From Euglena gracilis (lineage: Eukaryota), in contig CP154954.1 in the NCBI GenBank assembly GCA_039621445.1, positions 2,790,001 through 2,854,000 of the forward strand: 64,000 nt of DNA, given 5' to 3'. Positions 11,201 to 24,592 of the stretch are shown here, piece after piece (position 1 is the first letter of the stretch; each line of letters begins with the position of its first letter). The notes under the pieces were generated by a model. The model was given only the letters and a program-made list of their open reading frames with translations, was not told where the DNA came from and did not search any database. The position numbers were made by a program, and so were the translations under genes.

Positions 11201-14200
11201 GCCCGGCCCAATTCTTGTGGAAGGGTCGGTGTGTGGGTGGGTTGGGTGAGGTCTACCGACCCCCTGCCACCCTGTTGACAACGACGATGCTGTGTGTGGG
11301 GGGGGGTCCCGACCATGTGTGCCAAAATTTAGGCCAAAAACCTTGTCCTCCTTCGCGGATTGAAAGTTGGGGCACTCTTGGGTGCACTGTGAAACAGGGG
11401 CAGTTGCACCAGTAATTTGTTACTTGTGGGCTGTTTTCTTTGGCCAATGGACAATATCCAAGCATTTTTGGAATGTTTCTGGCAGCACAGTATCAACTCA
11501 GCAATCAACTGGTCCAGGGAGACCAAAACTACATTAAGGAGAAATCTACACTCAAGCAACAGTAATGCGCATGGCATTCTCCTTCACCTCCAACGCCCGC
11601 TGTTCACAATGTGCACTGTCGAACAGCCTATTCTGATTGGCAGTTCTGATTGGCCGATCTGGACCGAAACGCCGCAAGGTATTTGCATATTATTATGATG
11701 GTTCGAAATGCAGTGTCTGAATATTCGCAAAACTGTTAACCCCCCCCCCCCATTTGCAAAACCCCCGGGGTTTATTGGATCAGATCAGCTGAAGAGGTAC
11801 AGGTGGTCAAGGATTTGTTGGTGAGAATCCAACCCCAAAATGCCCCCAAACCCTGCATTGTCAAGTTTTGGCAAACTTTGTCAATAATGGCATTTTTGCT
11901 CATGGGTGTTCACATGGCATTTGCCAAAAATCAGTTTGGGGATTTTGCGCCCTGAAAACCGTGCCCAGCGCCCTTTGTTTTTGTTCATCGGGGGCGGGTT
12001 ATACGTCGTGCTTTGGTTGGTCGTCCTGGGGGTTTTCTCAAGCGGGGGGGGGGGTGGGATTAGCACGTGGGCTGGAGGGCGGGAGCCCCTCGGGGATGAG
12101 CCGCTGCCAGCGAACACGACGGCCCGCCCGGCCATTCCCGCCCCGGTGTCCAACGCCTTGCGGTGCCTCGTCGCCTGCGCCACAGTAGCCCAGAGGTTTC
12201 GACCCCAAGACCCTCTCGGGATTAGGCATCTCCCCCCATGCCGTCTCCCCCAAGCCGTGGTGCCCGCCCCGCCTTGACTGCCCTTTCAGGTGTTAAAAAA
12301 CCGCTGCTGCGGTCCTTAGCAGGATGAGGGCTATGCTGCGGGGCGCCAGGGCGGCGTGGCATCCGAAGCACCCAGACCGGCAACGGCCCGCCTTTCGCTC
12401 CGCACCTGAAAGTGTTCCGGTGGCCGAGTCGAGAAACACCTGCTATTCCCCTTTCTTCTTTTTCGTTTTTGCCGTCGTTGCCTGCAAACGCCTTCCCCTT
12501 CTCCTCAACCCCCCTCTCGTGTCAACCGCAGTTTTCCTGGACTTTGGCGTGGGGTACCATGCCCCCCCCCCCAAAGGACCCCCCGTTCCCTCAAAGTCTT
12601 TTATGGATGGGGGTCTTATACAGGCGGTGTCGGTCTTGGACAAGGGCCAGCATACATGGGGGCATGGCACACGTATGCACTGTTTCTACGTCATCTCATT
12701 TGATGGCGATCACATCATCGAAAGACAATGCTCACATGACATCCCATAATCTTGTTAATTTATTTGTTGTTGTTTTGTGTGCTACCAGTCCTCTTCCAAA
12801 GGTGTTGCCAGTCTGTTTGCGATGAGGCACGACAGTCTGTCCATCTGAAGCAAATGTGCTCAGGATTGGATGTGCAAGGTGTTTGTTTTGAATCTGAAGG
12901 GACCACCAGATTTTCCAGACCCCTCACTCCCAAGCTAATGTTTTTGAACGACTCCATTCTGTTGTGGAGCTTTGGGAAGTGCCCAACAACGTTTCGGCAT
13001 AAATGACGCCCCCGGGCAATTGTCACCCCCCTCTGTGCCGGCCAAATTGTCACCCCGGGAAATTGTCACCCCCCCTCCGTGCTGCCCAATTTGTTACGCG
13101 ACAATTGCCCAGGGGGGAGGGCGGGTAAATGTCTGCAAAGTTTTTTTTGGCTTCTTTCTGCCTACCTCGCTGCATTTATCTCATGGAATGTGTTGGCTTG
13201 CTTTCCTTTGGGAGTGCGCCACCAATCATTGCCCAGTGAATTGCCGTCAGCTGGCAGGTTGTGGGTGGGGCCATCACGTCCTTTGCAGTCCTGCCTGTGG
13301 TCGCAGCTGCTACAGCGTATGTGGAGCTCGGCACGGCTGAGCCTGCGGCCCACTCGGAAGGCCTCCGTAGTGCTCTCTGTCGTTCTGCGATGGCCCCAGG
13401 TTGCGGTTCGAAACCGTCGCCGAATGACGCCGTCCCAGACCATCCCCACGTCACACGTGTGCTACCAACTGAAGCGTGGCTGACCCTCGGCCGCTGCTTT
13501 TCTGAATGCTTTGCAAGTAGCATTCCACAACTGTGTCAAACCTCGCATTGGGCAGGGATTGTCGACCCTGTCCGACACCTGACTTTTGGAGTGTTGAATT
13601 TGTGAATGCGTATGCATCCTGCAGAAGCTTCTGCTTAGGTTTTGCAGTAGCAATTCCTGGGGGTGGGCTGGACTGCAGCAACTCCAAATTACAAGATTAT
13701 TGACTCGTCCAATTTGGGTTGTGGAAATCCCAGTGTGCCACCCAACAATTTTTTCGTTCGTCAAAGTGCCAAAGTTTGTTTGTCAAAATTTGTCAAAATG
13801 CCAGGTTTTGTACAAGAGGGTGTCTATCAGTGGCTTTTTTCTAATGGCCAGCACTTGCAAGCTAGTGGACCCCCCGGGGCCTTTAATAAGAACCTAAACT
13901 ACACCAGCGCAGTGTTCCTCAGGAGCAAAGTCAACTGTCTGTCAAATTCCTGCTTTTGGAATCGCGGAGAACACCCAGACACACCACCACCTGTTTTGGA
14001 GCTCTCCAATTGAAAAAAGCGGACTGATTGTGGTGGATCCTGCGTTTTCAGAGCTTCATATTCTGGCAATTATTTGTTCGCGATGCGAAGAGGCAGAGGG
14101 ACCCAAGAGTCCCTTTCTCAGCGAAGCCTGAACAATAAATGCACTTCAATTCTTTTGCAGAAAATTTTGGGGAAACTTTTCAAAGGAACTCATGCGGAAA

Positions 14201-14586
14201 ACAATTACTCCATGTTACTGGTCTATTTCCTCGTAGTCCTCCTCCATCGTATTTCCTGTTTCTCGGGTCCCAGGACCAGAGTTCACATGGAAATGTCTTT
14301 GGTACCAATTTGGCATCAAATCAGGTACTAGATGTCTGGTCAGTGCAAGTAGGGGGCATGTGGTTGGTTTTATCTTGGTCCCAGGTGCAATGCTTGTTCT
14401 TGAGCAATCTGAAAAAGTGCTGCTGGTGGTGCTGCTACTGCTGCATTATTTGTGAGCTGACCCAACTGGTGACAGCTTGCTTCCCATCGCGCGTGTAGAC
14501 TGAGGTTGTGGTCAGCTTCCCACCGCCCTGTTCCACGCTTGTCTCCCCGCACAGTGCGGCTTCGCTTTTCCCCTCCGCCACCAAAC

Positions 14587-15005
14587 ATGGCCATCGTCAT
14601 CCCAGACGAGTATGGGTACGTGGTGCTGGTGATCGGGCTCTCCTGGTCAGGCTTCCTTTTTTTGTTTTTTTTGACGAAGCTCACCCCGGGGGGGGGGGTG
14701 CTGTAGGCAGGCAGGGGGGAAGGGCATTTTCGACCTATTCGGGTTTTGGGTGGGTCGTGCTATAGCACACGCCCCGTTGCCGAAGGCACCGGGGCCTCAA
14801 AATGGCCATTTCAAGGGATAATTGGCTGGGTCAGCAGGCACCAGGGCCAGAACTGACCGGGGGGGGGGGGACTGCCCACCTGCTCATAGCACCCCCCCCA
14901 CGTTGGCAAAAACAAGCCTGGTCCTGGTTCACGAACCTGTACCTGATGACCCTCGTGATGAACGCCCGCAAGAAGTACAACGTGCCGTACCCGGCGCTGT
15001 ATGCC
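14587..15005 (+). pseudogene. Extra copy of MAPEG exons 1-2 (14587-14644, 14926-15005); could alternatively be an alternative 5' end
   Basis: MAIVIPDEYGYVVLVIGLS|WFTNLYLMTLVMNARKKYNVPYPALYA. Differs from the downstream copy by T vs M; there is no exon 3 before the next copy. Confidence 0.65.
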
Positions 15006-17833
15006 GCCCACAGGCTTCTCCACAGACTGTTGTACGGATCTGCTTCATTTCACTCCAGTGGGCAGCTCTCCAGAGGTTTTCTTAAGGCCGGGTGAGGGGG
15101 TTCGCACTGAACACCTCCCCACGCGGGGGAGGATCAGTTTGGGTGGTTTTCCTATTTATCGCAAAAAAAATTATTATTCCCCTTTCTTTTTCGTTTTGGT
15201 CCAAAAGCCTTGCAACACGCCCCGCGGGGGGGGGGTTTCAGGGGTGGCAATCGCGGGAGGACGAATGCTTATTTGTGCGGGGTTTTTGGGGGTCGCAGGC
15301 CCGTGGGCTAAAGGCACGGGGGGGGGGGGGGCCGTTTATGGGTCACACCCCACCCCACCCACAAGGGACACCAGCGGAAAGTTTGGCTGGGTCACCCAGG
15401 CCACGGCCAGAAGGGGTGGGCACCAGAATGTGCCATCGGGGTGGTGGTACTTGACCATGGAACATTGCCCCCCACGTTGATAAACATGTGTTTGGCTACC
15501 GTAGGAAGTTGGTTAACCTTAAACCCGATGTCACCTCGTGGATGCCCACGCGCGCAAGAAGTACTAACGGGAGCCGTACGCTGCTTGTGTTCTGATACCT
15601 GGGGTGGTTGGCCCACTCTTCGCGACGGATTTCTGCTTCTTTTCATCCTGGGCTCAAGGGGGTTTTTTAAGGCTGGGGAGGGTGAGGGGGGAAGCACACT
15701 TACGCGGGGGGAGGATTTGTTGGGTTTTTGTTTTTATCGTCAAAAAAATTATTATTCCCTTTCTTTTTTTGGTTTGTTGCAAACGCTTCCCCCTTCTCCT
15801 CAACAACGCTTGTGCATGTGGTACCATGCCCCCCCCCCAAAAGGACCCCCGTTCCCTCAAAGTCCCAGGGGTCTTTTATGGATGGGGGTCTTATACAAGC
15901 GGTGTCGGTCTTGGACGAGGGCCAGCATACATGGGGGCATGGTACACGTATGCACTGTTTTTACGTCATCTCATTTGATGGCGCTCAGATAATAGAAAGA
16001 CAATGCTCACATGACATCCCAATCTTGTTAATTTAATTTACTTGTTGTTGTTTTGTGTGTGCTACCAGTCCTCTTCCAAAGGTGTTGCCAGTCTGTTTGC
16101 GATGAGGCACGACAGTCTGTCCATCTGAAGCAAATGTGCTCAGGATTGGATGTGCAATGTGTTTGTTTTGAATCTGAAGGGACCACCAGATTTTCCAGAC
16201 CCCTCACTCCCAAGCTAATGTTTTTGAACGACTCCATTTTGTTGTGGAGCTTTGGGAAGTGCCCAACAACGTTTCGGCATAAATGACGCCCCCGGGCAAT
16301 TGTCACCCCCCTCTGTGCCGGCCAAATTGTCACCCCGGGAAATTGTCACCCCCCTCCGTGCTGCCCAATTTGTCACGCGACAATTCCCCGGGGGGGAGGG
16401 CGGGTAAATGTCTGCAAAGTTTTTTTTTGGCTTCTTTCTGCCTACCTCGCTGCATTTATCTCATGGAATGTGTTGGCTTGCTTTCCTTTGGGAGTGCGCC
16501 ACCAATCATTGCCCAGTGAATTGCCGTCAGCTGGCAGGTTGTGGGTGGGGCCATCACGTCCTTTGCAGTCCTGCCTGTGGTCGCAGCTGCTACAGCGTAT
16601 GTGGAGCTCGGCACGGCTGAGCCTGCGGCCCACTCGGAAGGCCTCCGTAGTGCTCTCTGTCGTTCTGCGATGGCCCCAGGTTGCGGTTCGAAACCGTCGC
16701 CGAATGACGCCGTCCCAGACCATCCCCACGTCACACGTGTGCTACCAACTGAAGCGTGGCTGACCCTCGGCCGCTGCTTTTCTGAATGCTTTGCAAGTAG
16801 CATTCCACAACTGTGTCAAACCTCGCATTGGGCAGGGATTGTCGACCCTGTCCGACACCTGACTTTTGGAGTATTGAATTTGTGAATGCGTATGCATCCT
16901 GCAGAAGCTTCTGCTTAGGTTTTGCAGTAGCAATTCCTGGGGGTGGGCTGGACTGCAGCAACTCCAAATTACAAGATTATTGACTCGTCCAATTTGGGTT
17001 GTGGAAATCCCAGTGTGCCACCCAACAATTTTTTCGTTCGTCAAAGTGCCAAAGTTTGTTTGTCAAAATTTGTCAAAATGCCAGGTTTTGTACAAGAGGG
17101 TGTCTATCAGTGGCTTTTTTCTAATGGCCAGCACTTGCAAGCTAGTGGACCCCCCGGGGCCTTTAATAAGAACCTAAACTACACCAGCGCAGTGTTCCTC
17201 AGGAGCAAAGTCAACTGTCTGTCAAATTCCTGCTTTTGGAATCGCGGAGAACACCCAGAAACACCACCACCTGTTTTGGAGCTCTCCAATTGAAAAAAGC
17301 GGACTGATTGTGGTGGATCCTGCGTTTTCAGAGCTTCATATTTTGGCAATTATTTGTTCGCGATGCGAAGAGGCAGAGGGACCCAAGAGTCCCTTTCTCA
17401 GCGAAGCCTGAACAATAAATGCACTTCAATTCTTTTGCAGAAAATTTTGGGGAAACTTTTCAAAGGAACTCATGCGGAAAACAATTACTCCATGTTACTG
17501 GTCTATTTCCTCGTAGTCCTCCTCCATCGTATTTCCTGTTTCTCGGGTCCCAGGACCAGAGTTCACATGGAAATGTCTTTGGTACCAATTTGGCATCAAA
17601 TCAGGTACTAGATGTCTGGTCAGTGCAAGTAGGGGGCATGTGGTTGGTTTTATCTTGGTCCCAGGTGCAATGCTTGTTCTTGAGCAATCTGAAAAAGTGC
17701 TGCTGGTGGTGCTGCTACTGCTGCATTATTTGTGAGCTGACCCAACTGGTGACAGCTTGCTTCCCATCGCGCGTGTAGACTGAGGTTGTGGTCAGCTTCC
17801 CACCGCCCTGTTCCACGCTTGTCTCCCCGCACA

Positions 17834-17866
17834 GTGCGGCTTCGCTTTTCCCCTCCGCCACCAAAC
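17834..17866 (+). promoter_or_regulatory. Candidate spliced-leader trans-splice acceptor (AG at 17833-17834) and short 5' UTR; duplicate AG at 14553-14554
   Basis: Pyrimidine-rich CTTGTCTCCCCGCACAG lies 32 nt before the ATG, and euglenids use SL trans-splicing. This is inference. Confidence 0.4.
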
Positions 17867-20800
17867 ATGGCCATCGTCATCCCAGACGAGTATGGGTACG
17901 TGGTGCTGGTGATCGGGCTCTCCTGGTCAGGCTTCCTTTTTTTGTTTTTTTGACGAAGCTCACCCCGGGGGGGGGGGGTGCTGTAGGCAGGCAGGGGGGA
18001 AGGGCATTTTCGACCTATTCGGGTTTTGGGTGGGTCGTGCTATAGCACACGCCCCGTTGCCGAAGGCACCGGGGCCTCAAAATGGCCATTTCAAGGGATA
18101 ATTGGCTGGGTCAGCAGGCACCAGGGCCAGAACTGACCGGGGGGGGGGTGACTGCCCACCTGCTCATAGCACCCCCCCCACGTTGGCAAAAACAAGCCTG
18201 GTCCTGGTTCATGAACCTGTACCTGATGACCCTCGTGATGAACGCCCGCAAGAAGTACAACGTGCCGTACCCGGCGCTGTATGCCGCCCACAGGCTTCTC
18301 CACAGACTGTTGTACGGATCTGCTTCATTTCACTCCAGTGGGCAGCTCTCCAGAGGTTTTCTTAAGGCCGGGTGAGGGGGTTCGCACTGAACACCTCCCC
18401 ACGCGGGGGAGGATCAGTTTGGGTGGTTTTCCTATTTATCGCAAAAAATACCGAGCAATTTTTTGCTCCTAAAGCTGATCTCCAGAAAGAAAGAAAGTGG
18501 TCATCCCGAATCCCCCCCCCCCAAGGGTTCGGGATGTCCACTTTTGTCAACTCTCCTGTAAAAAAATCTGTGCCCCGCTATCCCGAAAACGGCTAAGTCA
18601 CCACTGGTTTCGGCCGTAAATCGGCCATATTTCGGGCCAGGCGTTGCGGGGAAATCAAAATACCATTGAATAGTCATCGTAAGTGCTTCAATTTCGGACT
18701 CCAGAAGTTTTCTTTTGATTTTGCTTCATTTCTGAGTATTTTTTTTTGGAAACTTCGGTTTTTTGACCCCAAAAACGGCCCAAAATGGCCCAGCATTTGC
18801 AAGAAGGCTCTTCCCTTCTGGCACCCACCCTGGATCTCATGGGGAATGGGATGGAAGGCCCGTGCCGGGAGCAAGGACGACAAGGACCACGAGAAGTTCA
18901 ATTCTGTGCAGCGCGCACACCAGGGTCAGGGCCCACCCTGGGGAACTGCCATCGGTGCCGCCATGGACCCAACCCGCAACCTTTGCGTTCAAGTCGAAGC
19001 CTTGCTCCCGCAGCTGCTGAGCATGCTGCTGCTGGGCACATTCCAAATGTAATGCAAGTCAATCAATGTGGACCGCAGTCTCCACGATGAAGGCGGTCTC
19101 CAGACTTGAACAACAATAATTGCAACAAACAATTATGACAATATTGAAATGAAACTTCGTCTCCAGGGGGACCAGCTGAAGCCGGAGGGGACCCTCCCCC
19201 GGGGGTCCAGCCAGACAGCAACTTTTTTCCAGCCAGCACCTCCCAGCCAGGCTGCAGACCCCCCCCTGGGGGGTCCACACCCCCAACTGAAATAAAGCGC
19301 GAAGCAAAGCAAAGCAAAGCCAGCGAAGCAGAGCAAAGCAAAGCTGGGCCTGAAAATAGTTTGAAATAATGGGGGTAAATTGCCCCCAAAAACCCTCTTT
19401 TGGGTCGGGCTTGGGTTTTCCCTTTCAACTTTTGGTTAAAAATCCCAACCCAACTGAATTTGGGTTTTTTGGTCCCCGCCGGGCCCAGCTCCCAGCCGGC
19501 CGGACCCCTCCCTCTGGACCCCCATCCCCAAGTGGGGAGGGTGGGTGTCCAGCCGCACCTTTTTCCAGGAGCCTTTGAGAATAATCCCTGCTGGGGACCA
19601 AAATCAAGGATTCATTCATTCTTTTTGTCGACGTTTCTGGCCCTGTCCAAAACATTAACTTGAGTCTGTCATCTCCGAATATTTTTGCGCACCAGATGCA
19701 TGTTTTGGAGTCTGTGTCCCAAAATCAATTTTTGACACTCAGAACCAGGGTACTCCTTAAGGCGTAAACTTTTAAAGAGTTTTAATGTTTTAAGGCGTAT
19801 TCTGAGGTTTTTTTTTTAGTCATTTCTAGGTGTGTGTTTTCATGGACGTTCAAAGGGAGCCTTCCCGGGATCGAACAGGGTCAAATCAAAAAAGTTGAGG
19901 ACCCTATTCTTGACAATCTTCCAGTGATGCCAGAAATCATTTTCCCCCCATCTTACTTTTTGGTTTGCCGAGGTTTTACGGCTTCATTTTGGCTGTAATT
20001 TCGAGAACTTTTTTTTTAAAGATCTTAAGGCTTTAAAGGGATTTTTAAGTCATTTTGGCCAAGAAATTCATGGTTTTTAAAGGCGCTTTGTTATCTTATC
20101 CGTTATTTTTTTTGTGCTCCTGGTCTTCCTTGTCTCAACCCCAGGGGGATCTTCCCTTTCTGGAAACCAGCGCCGCCCTGGGCGCAACACGCTGGAGTCC
20201 TGGGGGCCCGTCCAGATCCTGATGCTGGTGGACGGGCTGCTGTTCCCCGAGGGGGCCGCTCCGCGCGCGTCCTCCCACTGCTGCTGCTGCTGTGTTGCAT
20301 GGCCGAAAGAAATGTCCATTGGTCTCCAAAACTTTGTCCAGCTGTCAACGACGGAAAATGTTTCTGAAAAAGTCAACGTTCCAAACCAAGGTCAAACGTT
20401 GTTGTCCCCATGAAAGGCACTCGTTGAGTTTCTCCTTCTGGAGAAATCTACAGAAGCTGTAAGAGTTTCTCATTTTTGTGTAGTTTCTCATTTTTGTGTT
20501 GTTTCTCTTTTTTTGTGTCGCCACATTTTCGTGTGTATGTGTGTGTGTGTGTGTGTGTTCAGTTATTTTTGCTTTATCACATGTGATGCAATGAAGCTGC
20601 CGGCGGTCCACAAGGTTGGTCCCTCCAGTGGCCCTGCCCCAAGCTTGCAGCGACGTTGGGCCTCGTGTGGGTGGCGGGGCGATTCCTCTACGGTGCAGGC
20701 TACGCGAGTAGGGGTTTTTTTATTCGTGGACCGGTGGGTGGGTTTGGCCGAGCCCCGCCGGGGGATGTCCCCCAGGGGGGAGTGGCATATGCTATTTTTT

Positions 20801-21620
20801 GAAAAATTTTCGAAAATGTGCAATTTTCGACATTTTTCGCGATTTTTGGCCATTTTCGGGGACAATTGAGTGGGTCCCCCGGGATCCCCTCTCAGGTGGT
20901 TCATGGGTGGGGGGACCCCCTCCAGGCCCCCCCCGCAACAAACCCGTGGATGCGAGCGGGGGGCCGGAGGGGCGGCGGGCGGGGGCCGGCCTCTCCGCCC
21001 TCGGGTGGCTCCCACTGGTGGTGCTCTCCCTCTACGTCGGGGCCGCTCTCGCGAAGCTGGTATGGGCAGGCTTCTTTCTACCACAGAAAACCGGTATTGG
21101 GGGAAGTTGCATTAATTTCATTAATTTTATTTTTTCATTATTTTCATTATTTTTTTCATTTTTATTTCATTAATTTCATTAATTTCATTTCTTTTAATTA
21201 ATTTAAGTTAAGACACCAAGCCCCAAGGTATGAGTATGGTCAAGGTTGAAGAAGCGTGTTGAGTACCAGAGTTTTTTTTATATTTTAAAAATGGTTCAAA
21301 AATTGAAGGGAAAGTGTGGGTGTGAGGGACGTTTCACTAGGCATTAGGCACACCAAGTCTGGGTTCGCAGTTTTTTTTTTTGCGGATGTATGTGTATGTT
21401 TGTGTGCACCAGAGGTATTATTATTAGGTTCCCTTTTCAGTGCCTTTTTCAAGCTATTTCTAAAGAGAAAAATTGGTCCCAAGCTACAGAGTTTAATACA
21501 AAAGGTGAAATATGAGGGAATTTGTTGGTTTTGAGGGTCTTACAGATGGGTCGTTTTAGCGAAGGTCCCCCAAGGGGTTCCACCCCGACACACCGCAGGT
21601 AACCAGAAGCCTGGGCGCGA
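17867..21620 (+). CDS. MAPEG family microsomal glutathione S-transferase 3-like, about 143 aa; exons 17867-17924, 18206-18285, 18870-18923, 20186-20248, 20641-20705, 20954-21063, 21619-21620
   Basis: MAIVIPDEYGYVVLVIGLSWFMNLYLMTLVMNARKKYNVPYPALYA|SKDDKDHEKFNSVQRAHQ|NTLESWGPVQILMLVDGLLFP|KLAATLGLVWVAGRFLYGAGYA|SGGPEGRRAGAGLSALGWLPLVVLSLYVGAALAKLV*. MAPEG motifs: ARKKYxVxYP, FNxxQRAHQNTLE, GRxxYxxGY. All six introns are non-conventional; the exon 3 start is uncertain by about 3 nt. Confidence 0.95.
17925..18205 (+). other. Non-conventional intron that is a family D MITE (element 17928-18200); duplicate at 14645-14925
   Basis: CAGGCTT...AAGCCTG in the +4/-6 register; TSD CTCCTGGT/GTCCTGGT (7/8); joins t|gg (Trp). 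Confidence 0.9.
18924..20185 (+). other. Non-conventional intron (MAPEG)
   Basis: GGT-CAGGGC ... GCCCTG-GGCGC; joins QRAHQ|NTLE. Confidence 0.9.
20249..20640 (+). other. Non-conventional intron (MAPEG)
   Basis: GAG-GGGGCCGCT pairs with AGTGGCCCT-GCCCC (9 bp including G:U); residual direct repeat TCCCCGAG/GCCCCAAG (6/8); joins LLFP|KLAA. Confidence 0.88.
20706..20953 (+). other. Non-conventional intron that is a family E MITE (element 20709-20948)
   Basis: TAGGGGTTTT...AAACCCGTG ends; TSD TACGCGAG/GATGCGAG (6/8). The interior (CATTTTTCGCGATT...GGCCATTTTCGGGGA.AATTGAGTGGGTCCCCCGGGA) is shared with 6507-7204. Joins GYA|SGGP. Confidence 0.88.
21064..21618 (+). other. Non-conventional intron splitting the stop codon (T|GA)
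   Basis: GGG-CAGGCTTCT ... AGAAGCCTG-GGCGC is a perfect 9-bp stem; splicing creates TGA right after AKLV. Confidence 0.85.
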
Positions 21621-24464
21621 GGCGGTGTCGCCTGCGCAGCAATGTCGCTGGCCATTGGCAGCGATTATTGATCTTTTTCTCAGCCTGAACTGCAGGCTTG
21701 CCCTGTGTTCTCGCTCCAGTTCCCGTGCTGTTCATTTCGGCGGTGGGTATCTGTGATGCCGGGTTGGCCAAAGCCCACCTGTTCGGGGCCCACCTGTTGC
21801 AAACGCGCTCAACTGTGGCCCGATAGCAGTCGCCGGTGCCTGTATGTCACTGACCGGTCCAGGCCTACTGGAGTGTCATTCTATTTACCAGACATGCCGC
21901 CCCGCCCCTCAAAGGGTTGTTTTTGCCCGGCTTTGTGTCGTTGCCCCTGATCCGCCGACTTTGGGGCGTCCATTTCTGGAGTCATTTCTAGGTCCGTTTC
22001 AACCTCAGGGCAATTCTAGTTTGGGCCTCTGCTGTGTGGGGTCAGCCTACAAACCATTCCGACCGGAATTTGAGAAATCAGACCCAAAGTTTCCAGCATC
22101 TCAGGTGGACTTTTCTCCTGGTCCATGAAGCAACACATTTAAAGTTTCAAATTTTGATTCTTGTGAGAGGGATGTTTTTGAGAGAGGGTGTGCTGGGCCC
22201 CCCAGGCAGGTCAGGTGCCGCTGGGGGGATGGCTTCTGGAGGGGGTTTTCACTTTTTCAATTTTCACTTCAATTTTTGAGGATAGCATATTCATATTTCT
22301 GTGGAAAAATATTCCCCTGGTTAAAAATTGACAATTTCTTCTGCCTTCTGATTCAGAATGTGAAAAGGCATCGCTTTACTGATTTTTTTTGTGTCAGCTG
22401 AGGTTCGAAAAAAATGTCATTTTCCCCCCGTCTGACCCAGAACCCATACAAAATTGTCTTCTGGTCTGGTACACGCTGCCCGTCTTCATACCTGTGTACT
22501 TCCTGATTTGTCTGGCGACAGTTTCCCAGGGGGCAGGTATGCTCTCATACATTTTCACACTATGTTTCACATGTAAAACATGGAAGGCGCGTCGCGGGTC
22601 GAACCTGATTTGTTTAGAAAAGAACCCAGCCCCCCCCCCCCCAATACAAACCGCCCTGAAGGTTTTTGGTTCCACTCCAGAGTTTACATGGGAACGTCTT
22701 TGGTACCAATTTGGCATCCAATCAGGTACTGGACGTCTGGTCAGTGGAGGGAGGGGCATGCGACTTTATCTAGGTCCCAGGTGCAATGCTTGTTTTCTGT
22801 CTGGTACACGCTGCTCCGTCTTCATATCTCTATGCTCGCTGATTCGTCTGGCGACAGTTTCCAGGGGGTAAGTATGCCCTCATACATTTCCACACATGTT
22901 TCACATGCAAAACATGGAAGGCGCGTCGTGGGTCGAACCTGATTTGTATAGAAAAGGACCCCAGACCCCCCAATACAAACCGCCCTCAAGGGGTGGTCCA
23001 GCTTCTTCAAAGAGCTTCAACGTCGTCACACAAAAACAAAGGAAATGGTTCCATAACACGGAACACCTGGAACACCTGGCAGTTGAAACCCATCGGTCGG
23101 CAGAGGTGGTAAACCACCGTTTTCAAAACGAAAAAAGTCGATTCATCCAGAAAAAAAAATGGGGGTCAATGATACCCATTTTGGTAACATTTTGGGGAAA
23201 AATGCACTGCCGAAGTCGGTGCGACACAAAACGCTGTTTTACAGGGACAAACCCTGGTCAGGTGAAACCTTTGAGCTGTCCCCCCTGTTCAGTAGTGTCC
23301 AGTGACTGCGCAGGTGCACATTCACCCCCTCCCCGTCCCGGCTTTTTCCTGAAGTTTTTGGACGGTAATTGTGGCTCCCGGGGGTGATTGTGGGAGCGGG
23401 TACCGTGGTCCATATGGTTAGACTGGAGGGGGTGTTCGGTGCCCTGCGTTGGAAGCAGGGCACAAAGGTGCGATGGTTTGTAATTGAGACATGCATGTGG
23501 CATGCGTTAAAAGAGTAATAGGGAGGATGTGTCGAAACCCACACCAGATGTCCGTGGGGAGGACTCGTTACACTCCTCAGGCTGCCTTCTGTTTACATTT
23601 CACACGGTGCACCTCACCCCTCCGCGACACATGCAGGAACAGCATCCCTCCAGTCGTGCACAACGTCCGCTCAGCATGCCTTCTCATATGCACCATGGCG
23701 CATCACCGTGTGGGACCTGGTTCGGGTATGCCGATTAGTATGGGGCATACGGTGTGTGTCTATTTAGTGGTCGTTGGACAAGGTGGGGGAGGTAGGAGGG
23801 GCTATCTTGCTCTCTTTTGCTGTGTGCCACTGGTTTCTAAAGCCACCGAGCAGAGCCCCGCTTCAACCCCTTTCTGCCACCAACTTTCTTCCCAGAACAA
23901 CCCTCACAAACAACATAAAACGACCCCCTCTCTGAGGACTCTCTGAGGACTAAAATGCGCAAGTGCGCACTCTTGAGGCCATTCCTTGGCTGGCTGGTGG
24001 TGATTCTGGCTGTATGGAGGGAGGAGTGCTGGGCGCACTGATGGGCTAAAAATAAGCGAAAATAAGCACAAAATATACACTCCGCACCTTCTGTTTAAGA
24101 CTGGGGCCTGCCCAGGAGGTGCCCACTACCCTCCCCCCCCGGGGGGGGTCGAAGGGATCCACGTTTTTAAGGGTCGATTCTGGGACCCAACAAAATAAAA
24201 ATGGACAAACCCCCTCCTTTGGCAGGGGATCAAAAAGCCTTTGGGCGTATCCCCGGGTGGAGGGGGTCTAGCAGGTTCCCAACCCCCCCCCCCCGGGCTC
24301 CAATGTTTAAAAACGCCTTGCCCCCCCATCCACCACAGCACCGTGCAAGCCCAAAAATATGGAATGGCCTGGTGGGAGAGAGGGAGGGGGTCGGGTCCCC
24401 ACGGACCCCATTGAGTTTTGGGGGTTCCTGTACGTGCCCCATGCCCCAAACTGCCAGAGGTTGT

Positions 24465-24592
24465 CAGCGCGATGGCCGCGGCGCAGGGCGTGCCAGCGGA
24501 GGGCTGCGCGGCGCGCAATGAGTGTCAGCCACGCGGTCCATTACCGCTTCAGGCGCAACTGGTGCTGGGCCCGCAGCAGCCAGTACAGCTCC
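24465..24592 (-). pseudogene. Disrupted duplicate of the minus-strand exon at 29230-29355
   Basis: Same sequence with clustered substitutions, including TAC>TAA (plus-strand TTA at 24541-24543). Confidence 0.55.

Larger units (their letters stand above)
12553..18448. repeat. Direct duplication 1: about 12553-15168 and 15821-18448 (offset about 3280) carrying MAPEG exons 1-2
   Basis: Near-identical sequence over about 2.6 kb; the duplicated ORFs in the ORF track are offset by 3280. Confidence 0.95.

Noticed and set aside
13160-14080. Possible transposase remnant on the minus strand (HIRCSSCDH)
   Set aside because: It does not match the hAT CxxH spacing and no catalytic motifs are recognisable.
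22430-22990. Local duplication plus a segment shared with 14280-14395
   Set aside because: Ordinary dispersed repeat fragments; no termini or coding signal identified.
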